64,000 nt of DNA, from IMG/VR virus record IMGVR_UViG_3300022839_000006, positions 1 through 64,000 of that record. One strand, 5' to 3'. The stretch's first letter is position 1, and the number at the start of each line of letters is the position of its first letter. The position numbers were made by a program, and so were the translations under genes. Shown here piece by piece: positions 18,440 to 27,627 of the stretch. Below the pieces are notes generated by a model that was not told the origin of the DNA, made no database searches, and saw only the letters and a list, made by a program, of their open reading frames with translations.

Positions 18440-18814
18440 ATGATCTTAAATGATGGAACCTTTCTAATATACGCAATGAACTGTTATGACAATCCTTCGT
18501 GTCATGACATAGCTGAGTTTGAAGAAGACCTGAAACGCTTTCAGTACCTTCGCAAGTTATTTAATCGCTACAAACAATTTGGCGAGTTGCGTGAAAGGCT
18601 TATCCTAAACCACTTGATCGTTTTGTATAACGTGTTTGGTCCAAAGACTACGGATATGTTGTTCATGAAACTCGAAGGATATCATGAACATTTAAACCCT
18701 TTTGTTGATTACTTGAACTACACCACACATCAAGTAGTATACAACGGCAAAGTAATAGACATAGAGAAGATTGAAAACAATCTTCTAATTGAAAACACGT
18801 TGCGGAGAATATAA
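18440..18814 (+). CDS. Conserved T4-like (cyanophage-type) hypothetical protein
   Basis: YDNPSC....EFEEDLKRFQYLRKLF.RY...GELRERLILNHLIVLYNVFG. Confidence 0.75.
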   Translation: MILNDGTFLIYAMNCYDNPSCHDIAEFEEDLKRFQYLRKLFNRYKQFGELRERLILNHLIVLYNVFGPKTTDMLFMKLEGYHEHLNPFVDYLNYTTHQVVYNGKVIDIEKIENNLLIENTLRRI

Positions 18815-18938
18815 AAATGGACATTAAGAGACAGATAGAAAACGCCCTTGACAAAAAACTGAACGACCAAATCTTTCAATTTCAAAAACAGATCACAAGA
18901 TTTGGTCGTTCAAAATTCGTCCTAGATTGTAATATCTG

Positions 18939-19520
18939 ATGGTTGATCTTTTCCTTGTATATTCATTTATTCGTAGACTGTCCACACCTTTTGATGAGTG
19001 GACAGCATATGACCTTGGCATAATAGACGCTGATGGCAAAGTATTAATCAAACGAAAAGATCTCAGGCGACAAGAAGAGCGCAACGCTTTTGGCGTGTTT
19101 GATCTTATGGTTTTAAACTTGAAAAAGCTCCTGGAAAAGGTTCCAGGAGGTAAGACACGTCTTGCATCTTACGCTGCAGCTTTGTTTCTACTTCGCGAAT
19201 GGAACCACTTCACAAAAAATTCGCTCCTAAACGAATCTGTATCAGACGCACAACTGCTAAAGTCCTTAGACTTCTTCATTCTAGAGCATAACTCTATTAT
19301 CCACATGCTCGACAACGATGACAACAGCATAAATGAGGATCTGAACACTTTTTTTGAGCAAAGATTCAAAGAAGAGGGAATGACTGCAGGATCAGGTGCG
19401 ATCGCAGGAATAGGTGTGGGTGCTCAAGGGGAACCAGGATTAACAAAGGCACAACAAACACACTACAAGAGCGGAAACAAAAAAAAGAAAAATCTTAGAG
19501 ACATTATAGGTATCACATGA
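18939..19520 (+). CDS. Conserved T4-like (cyanophage-type) hypothetical/structural protein
   Basis: VDLFLVYSFIRRLSTPFDEW.AY.LGIIDADG...LKKLLEKVPGG...LASYAAALFLLRE. Confidence 0.7.
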   Translation: MVDLFLVYSFIRRLSTPFDEWTAYDLGIIDADGKVLIKRKDLRRQEERNAFGVFDLMVLNLKKLLEKVPGGKTRLASYAAALFLLREWNHFTKNSLLNESVSDAQLLKSLDFFILEHNSIIHMLDNDDNSINEDLNTFFEQRFKEEGMTAGSGAIAGIGVGAQGEPGLTKAQQTHYKSGNKKKKNLRDIIGIT

Positions 19521-20365
19521 TAACATTGCAACAATTCAAAAAAACCATTCCAACCAACAAAGAACCAGAGTTGTGGTTCCCTATAGTGGTTGATTTTTTT
19601 AATAGGTACGATATTAACACTCCTAACAGGATTGCCGGATTCATGGCACAATGTGGTCACGAATCATGTGATTTTACAGCACTTGAAGAAAATCTTAATT
19701 ATTCAACAGGTGCTCTCAACCGTGTGTTTGGTAGATACTTTGGGGCGGGCAAGCGGAATGCTTCTGAATATGCACGCAACCCTGAAAAAATTGCAAACTA
19801 TGTTTACATGGACGAATTTAGAACTACAAGAGGAGCTCTTGGAAACACACGGCCAGGCGATGGATGGAGATTTCGTGGTGGTGGGATCAAACAACTGACA
19901 GGCAGAAGTAACTATTCTGTTTTTGCTAAAGATGTAGGAATGTCTCCTGAAGAGGCTGCTGATTACGTTAGAACAAAACAAGGCGCTCTTGAATCGGCGT
20001 GTTGGTTCTGGAAGAAAAACAACATTGCACGGTTTGCTGATAGAGATGATATTGATGGAATGAGCAAAGCGATTAATGGCGGATCGATAGGTATTGATGA
20101 TCGTCGTAAGCGTTATGCACGTGCTAAATTGACCATGGAATCCAATTCACAACCGTCTACAACGACAAGTGATTCCACAACGATTTCCAAAGGATCAAAG
20201 GGAGATCTTGTAAGGAGTATTCAGGCAGCCTTGAAAATTGGTGCTGATGGGGATTTCGGACCACAGACAGTACGTGCTGTTGAGTCCTGGCAACGTATAA
20301 ATAGATACACATCAAATGGTATTTTGAACCAAAAACAAATCAATCAAATATTAGGGAGAACATAA
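19517..20365 (+). CDS. GH19 (chitinase/lysozyme-like) endolysin with C-terminal peptidoglycan-binding domain
   Basis: AQCGHES, EENLNYS, DGWRFRGGGIKQLTGRSNY, SACWFW, INGG; C-terminal VRSIQAALKIGADGDFGPQT..AV..WQ. Confidence 0.9.
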   Translation: MITLQQFKKTIPTNKEPELWFPIVVDFFNRYDINTPNRIAGFMAQCGHESCDFTALEENLNYSTGALNRVFGRYFGAGKRNASEYARNPEKIANYVYMDEFRTTRGALGNTRPGDGWRFRGGGIKQLTGRSNYSVFAKDVGMSPEEAADYVRTKQGALESACWFWKKNNIARFADRDDIDGMSKAINGGSIGIDDRRKRYARAKLTMESNSQPSTTTSDSTTISKGSKGDLVRSIQAALKIGADGDFGPQTVRAVESWQRINRYTSNGILNQKQINQILGRT

Positions 20366-20367
20366 TA

Positions 20368-20922
20368 ATGTCAATCAAACAGATAATCAAAGAAGCGATG
20401 GATAGAAATCCCCTTGCTCTTAAAGAAGCACTGGAAGCAGAACTGAACGCACGTGTCGCTGTCGTCATTGAAGCAAAAATGCAGAAAATGGAAGACGATC
20501 ATGATGACGATGATGACGATGATGATGATGATGATGATGATGACGACGATGATGATGACGATGATGATGATGACGATGATGACGACGATGACAGTATGGA
20601 CGAAGCTGTTAAGGTAATGAAGGATCTGGGCGGAAATACCAAAGCTGTTTTTGACACCGATGGCAGCATGACTCTTTTCAGTAAAGATTCGTCCGGAAAG
20701 GACATGGTAATTCTCGAGCCGAAGCAAGTGGAAATGGTACATAGTCAGCTAATGAAAAAAGACAAATCCAAGAAGGTAATAAAGGATCTGGGCGGAAACA
20801 CCAAGGCCGTTTTTGACACTGATGGCAGCATGACTCTTGTCAGCAAAGACTCGTCCGGAAAGGACATGGTAATTCTCGAGCCGAAGCAAGTGGAAATGAT
20901 ACATAGTCAGCTAATGAAATAG
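20368..20922 (+). CDS. gp67-like acidic prohead core protein with a duplicated 49-aa module
   Basis: N-terminal helix resembles T4 gp67; 30 consecutive Asp; tandem repeat of a 49-aa unit. Confidence 0.45.
   Translation: MSIKQIIKEAMDRNPLALKEALEAELNARVAVVIEAKMQKMEDDHDDDDDDDDDDDDDDDDDDDDDDDDDDDDDDSMDEAVKVMKDLGGNTKAVFDTDGSMTLFSKDSSGKDMVILEPKQVEMVHSQLMKKDKSKKVIKDLGGNTKAVFDTDGSMTLVSKDSSGKDMVILEPKQVEMIHSQLMK
20503..20592 (+). repeat. GAT/GAC trinucleotide tract encoding 30 Asp
   Basis: Read directly from the sequence. Confidence 0.95.
20611..20919 (+). repeat. Direct repeat, 2 x 147 bp (20611-20757 and 20773-20919)
   Basis: KV(M/I)KDLGGNTKAVFDTDGSMTL(F/V)SKDSSGKDMVILEPKQVEM(V/I)HSQLMK occurs twice. 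Confidence 0.95.
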
Positions 20923-21011
20923 TCCATTAGTCTTGATGAATTTGAGATGGGCGATTCAGAAGTCCTAAACGCTGTTTGCTGCTAATGGTAACTAAAGAAA
21001 GAATAAAGTAA

Positions 21012-21485
21012 ATGAAATTGTGGGTCTTCATAGGACTGCTAGTCGCTTTGATGAGTGGTGCTGTATATTTTTACTACAGCACCACTCAAACTCGTATTGC
21101 AGACCTGACTACTAACAATGCCACGTTAAAAACTAACATTCAGACAATCACAGATGCAAACATCCAAAACGTAAAGGTGGTTGATGAGCTGCAAAACTCA
21201 TACAACACTGTTCAGGACAACTTTTCAGAATTGCAATCGCAATTTCAAATCGCAAGGTTGCAAAACAATGAACTGAAGCAGCGTCTTGGCAGACACGAAT
21301 TAGGTACTTTGGCTGCAGCCAAACCTGTTCTTGTTGAGCGGACTATTAACAACGCATCGGCAAATGTACAGAGGTGTTTCGAACTGATGTCAGGTGCACC
21401 CATTAACAAAAAAGAGCGCGATGCTCAAACTGAGGGTCAGTTCAACTCAGAGTGTCCGTGGATGTGGGAGGAACTGGTCCAATGA
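21012..21485 (+). CDS. Inner-membrane spanin (Rz-like)
   Basis: N-terminal TM, long coiled coil, two C-terminal Cys; overlaps the following lipoprotein gene. Confidence 0.7.
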   Translation: MKLWVFIGLLVALMSGAVYFYYSTTQTRIADLTTNNATLKTNIQTITDANIQNVKVVDELQNSYNTVQDNFSELQSQFQIARLQNNELKQRLGRHELGTLAAAKPVLVERTINNASANVQRCFELMSGAPINKKERDAQTEGQFNSECPWMWEELVQ

Positions 21486-21826
21486 GAAACTTTTTGCTTG
21501 TAATTGTGATGTTTCTAGTGGGTGCGTGCAGTGTTCCTGAACACGTTGAACAAGCCAGGCCGATTGAAGTTAGAACGGTGCAGATATCCAAGCCTGCACC
21601 GATCGTCCCTCTCGTCGATCAGCTTAGACTCAAACCAGTTACGTGGGTCGTCATAACACCTGAAAACGTCGACGCCAAGTTTGCTGAAATACTATCAGGT
21701 GAGTTGGTACTGTTTGCATTGACGTCAGAGGGATATGAGGCACTTGCGCTGAATCTGTCAGACCTTCAAACCCTAATAAGACAACAAAAAGAAATAATAA
21801 TCGTGTATAAATCAAGCTACAAATGA
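21482..21826 (+). CDS. Outer-membrane spanin lipoprotein (Rz1-like)
   Basis: MRNFLLVIVMFLVGA-C lipobox; Pro-rich segment; ATGA overlap with the i-spanin. Confidence 0.7.
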   Translation: MRNFLLVIVMFLVGACSVPEHVEQARPIEVRTVQISKPAPIVPLVDQLRLKPVTWVVITPENVDAKFAEILSGELVLFALTSEGYEALALNLSDLQTLIRQQKEIIIVYKSSYK

Positions 21827-21831
21827 AAAGA

Positions 21832-21839
21832 TATAAATA
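21832..21839 (+). promoter_or_regulatory. T4-type late promoter
   Basis: TATAAATA upstream of ORF 21895. Confidence 0.6.
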
Positions 21840-21894
21840 GACTGTGCAGTTGCTGATTTGGCGTGTATAACATACCAATAGAGGGCCAATTCCA

Positions 21895-22413
21895 ATGGAC
21901 AACAAAGAAGAAGTAGGCGATTTGAAAACAGATATTGCTGTTTTGCGTGTAAATCTACAAAACATTGAGCGTTATTTCAGTTCCATAGAAAAGAACGTGT
22001 TAAAGGTTGAACGCGTGTCTGATCAAATTCTATTGGCCACATCGCGTCTCGATAAAATTCAAGAAGACCTGAAATCTGTAAGAGTTGATGCGGACTTGAG
22101 AAGACGTGAGTCTGAGAATTCTGTTCGCGAGATAAAGCAACAGATGACTTCTATGTCCTCATCCAACGAAAAAGCATTCACAGACAATATTAATTCTGTT
22201 CTCGATGAAGTCAAGATTCTCAAAAATGCTACAGCAATATCTTTTGAAAAGGTATACACAGCAATAGCAAAAAACAGAGACGAATTAGACGATGAGATTC
22301 GAACTCTTGAAAGCAGGGTGTCTAAGTTAGAGCAGTGGAAGTGGTGGGTGATGGGAGCCGGTGCTGTTCTAATCACGTTATCGACGCAGGTCTGGAGCTT
22401 GTTTGTCGGTTGA
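21895..22413 (+). CDS. Coiled-coil protein with C-terminal TM (XhlA-like holin candidate)
   Basis: RVSKLEQWKWWVMGAGAVL ending; next to the spanins. Confidence 0.5.
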   Translation: MDNKEEVGDLKTDIAVLRVNLQNIERYFSSIEKNVLKVERVSDQILLATSRLDKIQEDLKSVRVDADLRRRESENSVREIKQQMTSMSSSNEKAFTDNINSVLDEVKILKNATAISFEKVYTAIAKNRDELDDEIRTLESRVSKLEQWKWWVMGAGAVLITLSTQVWSLFVG

Positions 22414-22468
22414 CGTCAAGCGTTGTCCGTGTTATGGTGGGCAATATTTACAATGAAAGTGACACGCT

Positions 22469-23491
22469 ATGGCAGATTTTGTCGACGTGCAATATGTCAG
22501 CCTTCTGGCAGGACAGTTGCAAAAATATGTGGTAAAACATCGGAACCCATTCAAGGCAAATTTCAGATGTGTGATATGTGGAGACTCGCAAAAATCTCAA
22601 ACAAAAGCACGTGCATGGATCATCGAGAGTCCCAAGACAGGCGCATTTCAATATCACTGTTTCAATTGTGGTGCAAGTCAAGGATTCGGAAGTTTTCTCA
22701 AAGCGAACTTCCTTCCAATGTATGCAAACTACATTGCAGAAAAATACATCAGCAAAAGTAAGGACAAGCCTTCTACACACTCGATCGACGAGTGTGCAAA
22801 AACACCTAAACCCAAGTTCAATAGAAACCCCTTGTCCTCTATCAAAAAAGTCAGCCAACTGAAGTCTGATCATCCTGTCAAACTATACATTCAAAAGAGA
22901 CAGATACCATCACATCAACATCACAGGCTGTATTACGCTCCCAAGTTTAAAACGTGGATCAACACAATTCTTCCAAACAAATTTGAACACGTTGACAAAG
23001 ACGAGCCGAGATTGGTCATGCCTTTGTTTAGCAAGGAAGGAAAGGTGTTTGGCGTCTCTGCACGTAGTTTTGATCCAAAAAGCAATTTAAGATACATTAC
23101 CATCATGTTTGAAGAAGTGCCAAAGATATTCGGTCTTGATAAGGTGAACTTCAACAAGAATTACTTCATAACTGAAGGAGCTCTTGACTCCATGTTTCTG
23201 ACAAACGCTCTTGCTATGGTAGGTGCAGATACAAACGTGTATGGGCTGGAACAAATAGAGAATGCAACTTTTGTCCACGATGCTGAGCCAAGGAACCTTC
23301 AAATTTGTAACAGAATGGAAAAGCTTTTGACGATGGGTCACAAGGTCTGTATATGGCCATCTTCTGTTCCCGCTAAAGACATTAACGATATGCATCTAAA
23401 TGGTATGCAGGACATTGAAGGTGTGATCAAATCAAACACGTACAGCGGTCTTGAGGGACAGTTGAGATTTCGCACGTGGAAGAAGTGTTGA
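22469..23491 (+). CDS. 61: DNA primase gp61
   Basis: Zn-finger RCVICGDS...YHCFNCG; TEGALDSMFL; DAEPRN; KDINDM. Confidence 0.95.
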   Translation: MADFVDVQYVSLLAGQLQKYVVKHRNPFKANFRCVICGDSQKSQTKARAWIIESPKTGAFQYHCFNCGASQGFGSFLKANFLPMYANYIAEKYISKSKDKPSTHSIDECAKTPKPKFNRNPLSSIKKVSQLKSDHPVKLYIQKRQIPSHQHHRLYYAPKFKTWINTILPNKFEHVDKDEPRLVMPLFSKEGKVFGVSARSFDPKSNLRYITIMFEEVPKIFGLDKVNFNKNYFITEGALDSMFLTNALAMVGADTNVYGLEQIENATFVHDAEPRNLQICNRMEKLLTMGHKVCIWPSSVPAKDINDMHLNGMQDIEGVIKSNTYSGLEGQLRFRTWKKC

Positions 23492-23516
23492 CATCCTGAT
23501 GAAAAGGGCGCATGCT
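23488..23516 (+). promoter_or_regulatory. Sigma70-type early promoter
   Basis: TTGACA-17 nt-CATGCT. Confidence 0.45.
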
Positions 23517-24699
23517 TTCTTTAGAGACGTACACAAAGGTAGATCCGATGAAACTTGCAACTTTTACGATTCCACTTTTCTCCAAAGTACAAATTGAAAA
23601 GCGTCTTCAGAAGCTGGTTAAAAAAGCTTTGAAGTACGGGAACGAGGATATTGTATATTCGTTCGGCAGCGTGACAACAGAAACCGTTAACACAGAAAAC
23701 GGGCCGCGCGAATGTGAATATGTTGAGATTACTGTTTCAGGTGAGGCCCCACAAATAGGCGGCTATAATCTTCTTGCACGGATTGAGCTGCTTGAAGGTG
23801 GTGAGAATCTCGTCCATTGTGTTCCAGGCGTTGATGTTTCCTTAGATACGTCCTTTCGCACACATAACGGTCACTGTGACCACTGCAACACAGATCGTCG
23901 TCGTAACGATGTATATGTTCTTACAGACGGGACACAGCAGATTGCTGTTGGTCGGACATGTCTGCGTGACTTTCTCGGAATTGATGATCCTAAGTCGATC
24001 GTTGAACGTGCTCAGTTCTTTGAGGAAATCCAAAACATCAGAGACGAAGATTTCTCTAATTTGTTTGGTAGTTTTGGCTATGTCGATCTTCGTAGCGTCC
24101 TGGTGATCGCAGCAGGATTGATCCGCACTGTAGGATATGTTTCAAATGCCAAGCAGGCCGAGACGGGTGATGTGGCTACAGGTGAAAGTGTGTTGTTTGT
24201 GATGGATGGTGTACCAGGATTCGATGTAGAGACCACTAACGAGGATACAACATGGACCAACAAAGCCATTGAGCTTTTTCGGTCAACAGACTCATTTGGC
24301 AATGATTATATGGACAATCTTCGCGTGTTGTTTAAGCAAGATTTTATAAAGCGCGGTCACGTAGCGCTGGTTTCAAGTGGCGTTCTGGCTGCTCAAAGGC
24401 GCCTAGCACCAAAAGACAAGACACATGATGTGACAAGCGACTTTGTGGGCGTTGTTAAAGAGCGAATCAGAGGGATGGAATTGGTTTTGGAAAAAATCAT
24501 CTTTCTCGGTTCAGGAGCCTATGGTCCAACTTATCTTCACACAATGAAGGACATTCAAGGCAATGTATTCACATGGGTTACGGGGAACAAAATGGAAGCG
24601 GATGGGGGATCGGTGGTCAAACTTGACGCCTCAATCAAAGAACATAAAGTATACAACGGTGCGAAGCAAACAGTGCTGACACGTGCAAAACTAGTTTAA
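23512..24699 (+). CDS. Conserved phage protein with Zn-binding CxxC and C-terminal OB-fold-like domain
   Basis: CDHCNTDRRRN...VGRTCLRDFLG; C-terminal LDASIKEHKVYNGAKQTVLTRAK; true start may be a few codons downstream. Confidence 0.65.
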   Translation: MLSLETYTKVDPMKLATFTIPLFSKVQIEKRLQKLVKKALKYGNEDIVYSFGSVTTETVNTENGPRECEYVEITVSGEAPQIGGYNLLARIELLEGGENLVHCVPGVDVSLDTSFRTHNGHCDHCNTDRRRNDVYVLTDGTQQIAVGRTCLRDFLGIDDPKSIVERAQFFEEIQNIRDEDFSNLFGSFGYVDLRSVLVIAAGLIRTVGYVSNAKQAETGDVATGESVLFVMDGVPGFDVETTNEDTTWTNKAIELFRSTDSFGNDYMDNLRVLFKQDFIKRGHVALVSSGVLAAQRRLAPKDKTHDVTSDFVGVVKERIRGMELVLEKIIFLGSGAYGPTYLHTMKDIQGNVFTWVTGNKMEADGGSVVKLDASIKEHKVYNGAKQTVLTRAKLV

Positions 24700-24721
24700 T
24701 CAAACAGCTTGTATGAAGAAT

Positions 24722-24742
24722 GGGGCCTTCGTGGGCCCCTTT
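24722..24742 (+). terminator. Rho-independent terminator candidate
   Basis: ggggcc-ttcgtg-ggcccc-ttt. Confidence 0.55.
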
Positions 24743-24763
24743 AACCAATTGTAGAGGGACATT

Positions 24764-25246
24764 ATGAGCATAAAGGCAATATTAGCATGTGATGCACATT
24801 GGGGCATTGGTAAGAACAACACCTTGCCTTGGCCAAAAAACAGCGAAGATTTAGAGTGGTTCAAGCAATGTACTGTCAACGGTACGGTTGTAATGGGTAG
24901 GAAAACATGGGATAGTCTTCCTTTCAAGCCCCTCCGTAAACGCCACAACATCGTTATATCTAACACAATGAAGGCCTCACGCGACGTTGAAGTCATCACA
25001 TCAGAGAACCTTGTAGGAAAGCTGAAATCGATCGAAGATCAAAACGTGTGGATCATCGGAGGTGCGAGTCTTCTCACAAGTTGCATCGACATTGTGGACG
25101 AGCTGTGGCTAAATAACGTTGGAGGAGATTACAAGTGTGACGTCTTTCTTCCAAAGAAAGCAATAACAGCAGGGTTTGAAGCTTCAACCACAGATATCAG
25201 GTCTTTCGGAATCATCACCAAATGGAAAAGGAAAAGTGCTGTATGA
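24764..25246 (+). CDS. frd: Dihydrofolate reductase
   Basis: GIGKNNTLPW..NSEDLEWFK, VVMGRKTWDSLP..PL..RHNIVIS, WIIGG. Confidence 0.96.
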   Translation: MSIKAILACDAHWGIGKNNTLPWPKNSEDLEWFKQCTVNGTVVMGRKTWDSLPFKPLRKRHNIVISNTMKASRDVEVITSENLVGKLKSIEDQNVWIIGGASLLTSCIDIVDELWLNNVGGDYKCDVFLPKKAITAGFEASTTDIRSFGIITKWKRKSAV

Positions 25247-26133
25247 GGCAATATCATGACTTGTTGGAAGACATTTTAGAGCGTGGGGAAGATGTAAAAA
25301 ACCGTACAGGAATAGATACACGGTCATTGTTTGGCTGTCAAATGAGATTTAACCTTTCTGAAGGGTTTCCTGCTATTACTACAAAAAGGCTTGCGTGGCG
25401 ATCTGTAGTAGGTGAGCTACTTTGGATGCTTGAAGGTAGTACTGATGAAAGGAGACTTGCAGAGCTGACCTATGGGAAACCAAGAACAGATCTTATTGGA
25501 AAAACTACAATATGGACATCAAATGCAGATAACCAAGGTGTTCAACTAGCATACACTAACAATGACACCACAAAAGAACTGGGACCAATTTATGGATCTA
25601 GCTGGAGAGACTTTGGTGGCTTCTTCGATTTGGAGCCTGGGACCGATCAGATAGAATATATCATCGAACAAATCAAAACGGCACCTAACTCTAGAAGAAT
25701 CTTACTGTCTGCATGGAATCCAACATTGCTATCTGAGATGGCTTTACCACCATGTCACTTCGCAGTCCAATTTCGCGTGTATGGTGACAAGCTAAGCTGC
25801 ATGATGACACAAAGATCTGGGGATTTCTTCTTGGGAGTTCCTTTCAACATCGCATCGTATTCTCTACTGACTCATATTATTGCTCGTGAATGTAGCTTGG
25901 AAGTTGGAGATTTTATACATTCTATTGGCGATGCACACGTATATAATGACCACTTCGATCAAGTTAGCGAGCAACTGAGTAGAAAAGAATATCCGCTGCC
26001 TACGCTAATGATTGACGAATCCTTTGATCTGATGGATAGGCTCAAGAACGGCTTCCGGTTGAACGACGTTGACCTGTTTACTTTGGATGGATACCAATAC
26101 CACCCAACTATAAAAGCACCGATGGCAACGTAA
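25243..26133 (+). CDS. td: Thymidylate synthase (ThyA type)
   Basis: ELGPIYG..WR, SRRILLSAWNP, MALPPCH, QRSGDFFLGVPFNIASY, GDAHVY; Asn of PFN conserved. Confidence 0.97.
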   Translation: MRQYHDLLEDILERGEDVKNRTGIDTRSLFGCQMRFNLSEGFPAITTKRLAWRSVVGELLWMLEGSTDERRLAELTYGKPRTDLIGKTTIWTSNADNQGVQLAYTNNDTTKELGPIYGSSWRDFGGFFDLEPGTDQIEYIIEQIKTAPNSRRILLSAWNPTLLSEMALPPCHFAVQFRVYGDKLSCMMTQRSGDFFLGVPFNIASYSLLTHIIARECSLEVGDFIHSIGDAHVYNDHFDQVSEQLSRKEYPLPTLMIDESFDLMDRLKNGFRLNDVDLFTLDGYQYHPTIKAPMAT

Positions 26134-26182
26134 ATATATTTATTTTTTTGTTTAAACACAAGCTAGTTTAAACACGTTCAAT

Positions 26183-26190
26183 TATAAATA
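26183..26190 (+). promoter_or_regulatory. T4-type late promoter
   Basis: TATAAATA upstream of nrdB. Confidence 0.5.
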
Positions 26191-26294
26191 CCGCACTGTG
26201 TCGCAAAAACATTTGTGACACAACGGACATCATATCATTTGTGACAGTGGACACCTAGCGTTCAGTTACATCAACAACAACAAGGAAAGACAAG

Positions 26295-27533
26295 ATGCAG
26301 GTAAGAAAAAGAAACGGAACGCTAGAAGAATTCGGTTCCGTTAAAATAGAGAACGCTGTGTCAAAAGCGATGAAATCTATTGGGATAAAGAGTAAGTCTA
26401 TTCCTGTGGAAGTCGCAACAGACGTCACAGATAAAATAATGAAAGAGTATGATGGATTGAGTGTCGAGGTTGATGTTGTTCACCTTGCTGTTGAAAATGT
26501 GTTGATGGATATGGGGCTGCATGACCTTGCACGTGAATATATTCTTTATCGTCACAAAAATATGCCTGACATCTTTCGGAAGCGTACAAATCTAAAACCT
26601 TACGAATATCCACAACTTATAGAATATGTTGATGCAATTCGCCACAGCTATTGGACCCACACAGAATTTAATTTCACGTCTGATATCCAAGACATGAAAG
26701 TTAAGATGACACCATCTGAGGTAGAAATTGTGAAAAGATCTATGCTTGCTATTTCGCAGATTGAGGTACAGGTGAAAACTTTTTGGGCTAAGATTGGTGA
26801 CAAGATGCCAAAGCCGGAAGTTCAAGCTGTTGGCATAACTTTTGGCGAATCAGAAGTTCGACATGCAGATGCGTATTCGAATTTAATTGAAATAATGGGG
26901 CTGAACGAAGAATTTGAAAAAATTGTTGAAGTTCCTGCCATCAGAAAACGCATTGCATATCTTGAACAATCAATACAAGCGCCAATAGACGATAAAGATT
27001 ATTTTTATAAAATAATTCTATTTTCAATGTTTGTGGAAAACGTATCTTTGTTTTCCCAGTTCCTAATTATCATGGCTTTCAACAAACACAAGAACATCTT
27101 GAAGGGTATTTCCAACGCCGTAGAAGCAACGTCGAAAGAAGAAGATGTCCACGCACGATTTGGGTTTGAAATTGTAAACATCATCAAGGCCGAAAACCCA
27201 GAATGGTGGACCAAGGACACGACGACAGAAATTAACCGACTTGCACGTGACGCATTCAAGGCAGAATCTGCAATTGTTGATTGGATATACGGCGACGTAG
27301 ATCTTGATTTCATGCCAAAAGACACTGTAAAAGAGTTTCTCAAGTACAGGTTCAACCAGTCTTTGGTTGCAATTGACATGAAGCCATTGTATGATGTAGA
27401 CGAAGAGAAGGTACGAACAACAGACTGGTTCGTAGAAGAAATTCTTAGCACAAAAAATTCCGACTTTTTTGTTAAAAAATCCACTAGTTATAACAAAAAA
27501 TCTAAATCTTTTTCAGAAGATGACCTGTTCTAG
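26295..27533 (+). CDS. nrdB: Ribonucleotide reductase beta subunit with N-terminal ATP-cone (NrdBi / class Id-like)
   Basis: ATP-cone MQVRKRNG...LAREYILYR; ligand motifs SQIEVQVKTFW, ESEVRHADAY, VENVSLFSQF, KEEDVH. Confidence 0.93.
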   Translation: MQVRKRNGTLEEFGSVKIENAVSKAMKSIGIKSKSIPVEVATDVTDKIMKEYDGLSVEVDVVHLAVENVLMDMGLHDLAREYILYRHKNMPDIFRKRTNLKPYEYPQLIEYVDAIRHSYWTHTEFNFTSDIQDMKVKMTPSEVEIVKRSMLAISQIEVQVKTFWAKIGDKMPKPEVQAVGITFGESEVRHADAYSNLIEIMGLNEEFEKIVEVPAIRKRIAYLEQSIQAPIDDKDYFYKIILFSMFVENVSLFSQFLIIMAFNKHKNILKGISNAVEATSKEEDVHARFGFEIVNIIKAENPEWWTKDTTTEINRLARDAFKAESAIVDWIYGDVDLDFMPKDTVKEFLKYRFNQSLVAIDMKPLYDVDEEKVRTTDWFVEEILSTKNSDFFVKKSTSYNKKSKSFSEDDLF

Positions 27534-27539
27534 ATCCCA

Positions 27540-27577
27540 AAAGATGTTGGCGAAATTCAGATCTCGCCAACATCTTT
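27540..27577 (+). other. 14-bp stem hairpin between nrdB and nrdA
   Basis: aaagatgttggcga-10 nt-tcgccaacatcttt. Confidence 0.6.
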
Positions 27578-27627
27578 CTACACCCATCATCAACACACAC
27601 CCCAACATTTAAACCAAAGAGGATCCT

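Noticed and set aside
17878-18441. 187-aa minus-strand ORF
   Set aside because: Antisense shadow of two plus-strand genes that have RBSs and recognisable motifs
20503-20592. Non-coding microsatellite, or the reverse-strand poly-Ser/Ile ORFs
   Set aside because: The tract is in frame in a plus-strand gene with mixed GAT/GAC codons; the minus-strand ORFs are shadows
25243-26133. Base-modifying (dCMP hydroxymethylase-like) thymidylate synthase homologue
   Set aside because: It keeps the dUMP-specifying Asn (PFNIASY) and is coupled to DHFR, so it reads as an ordinary ThyA
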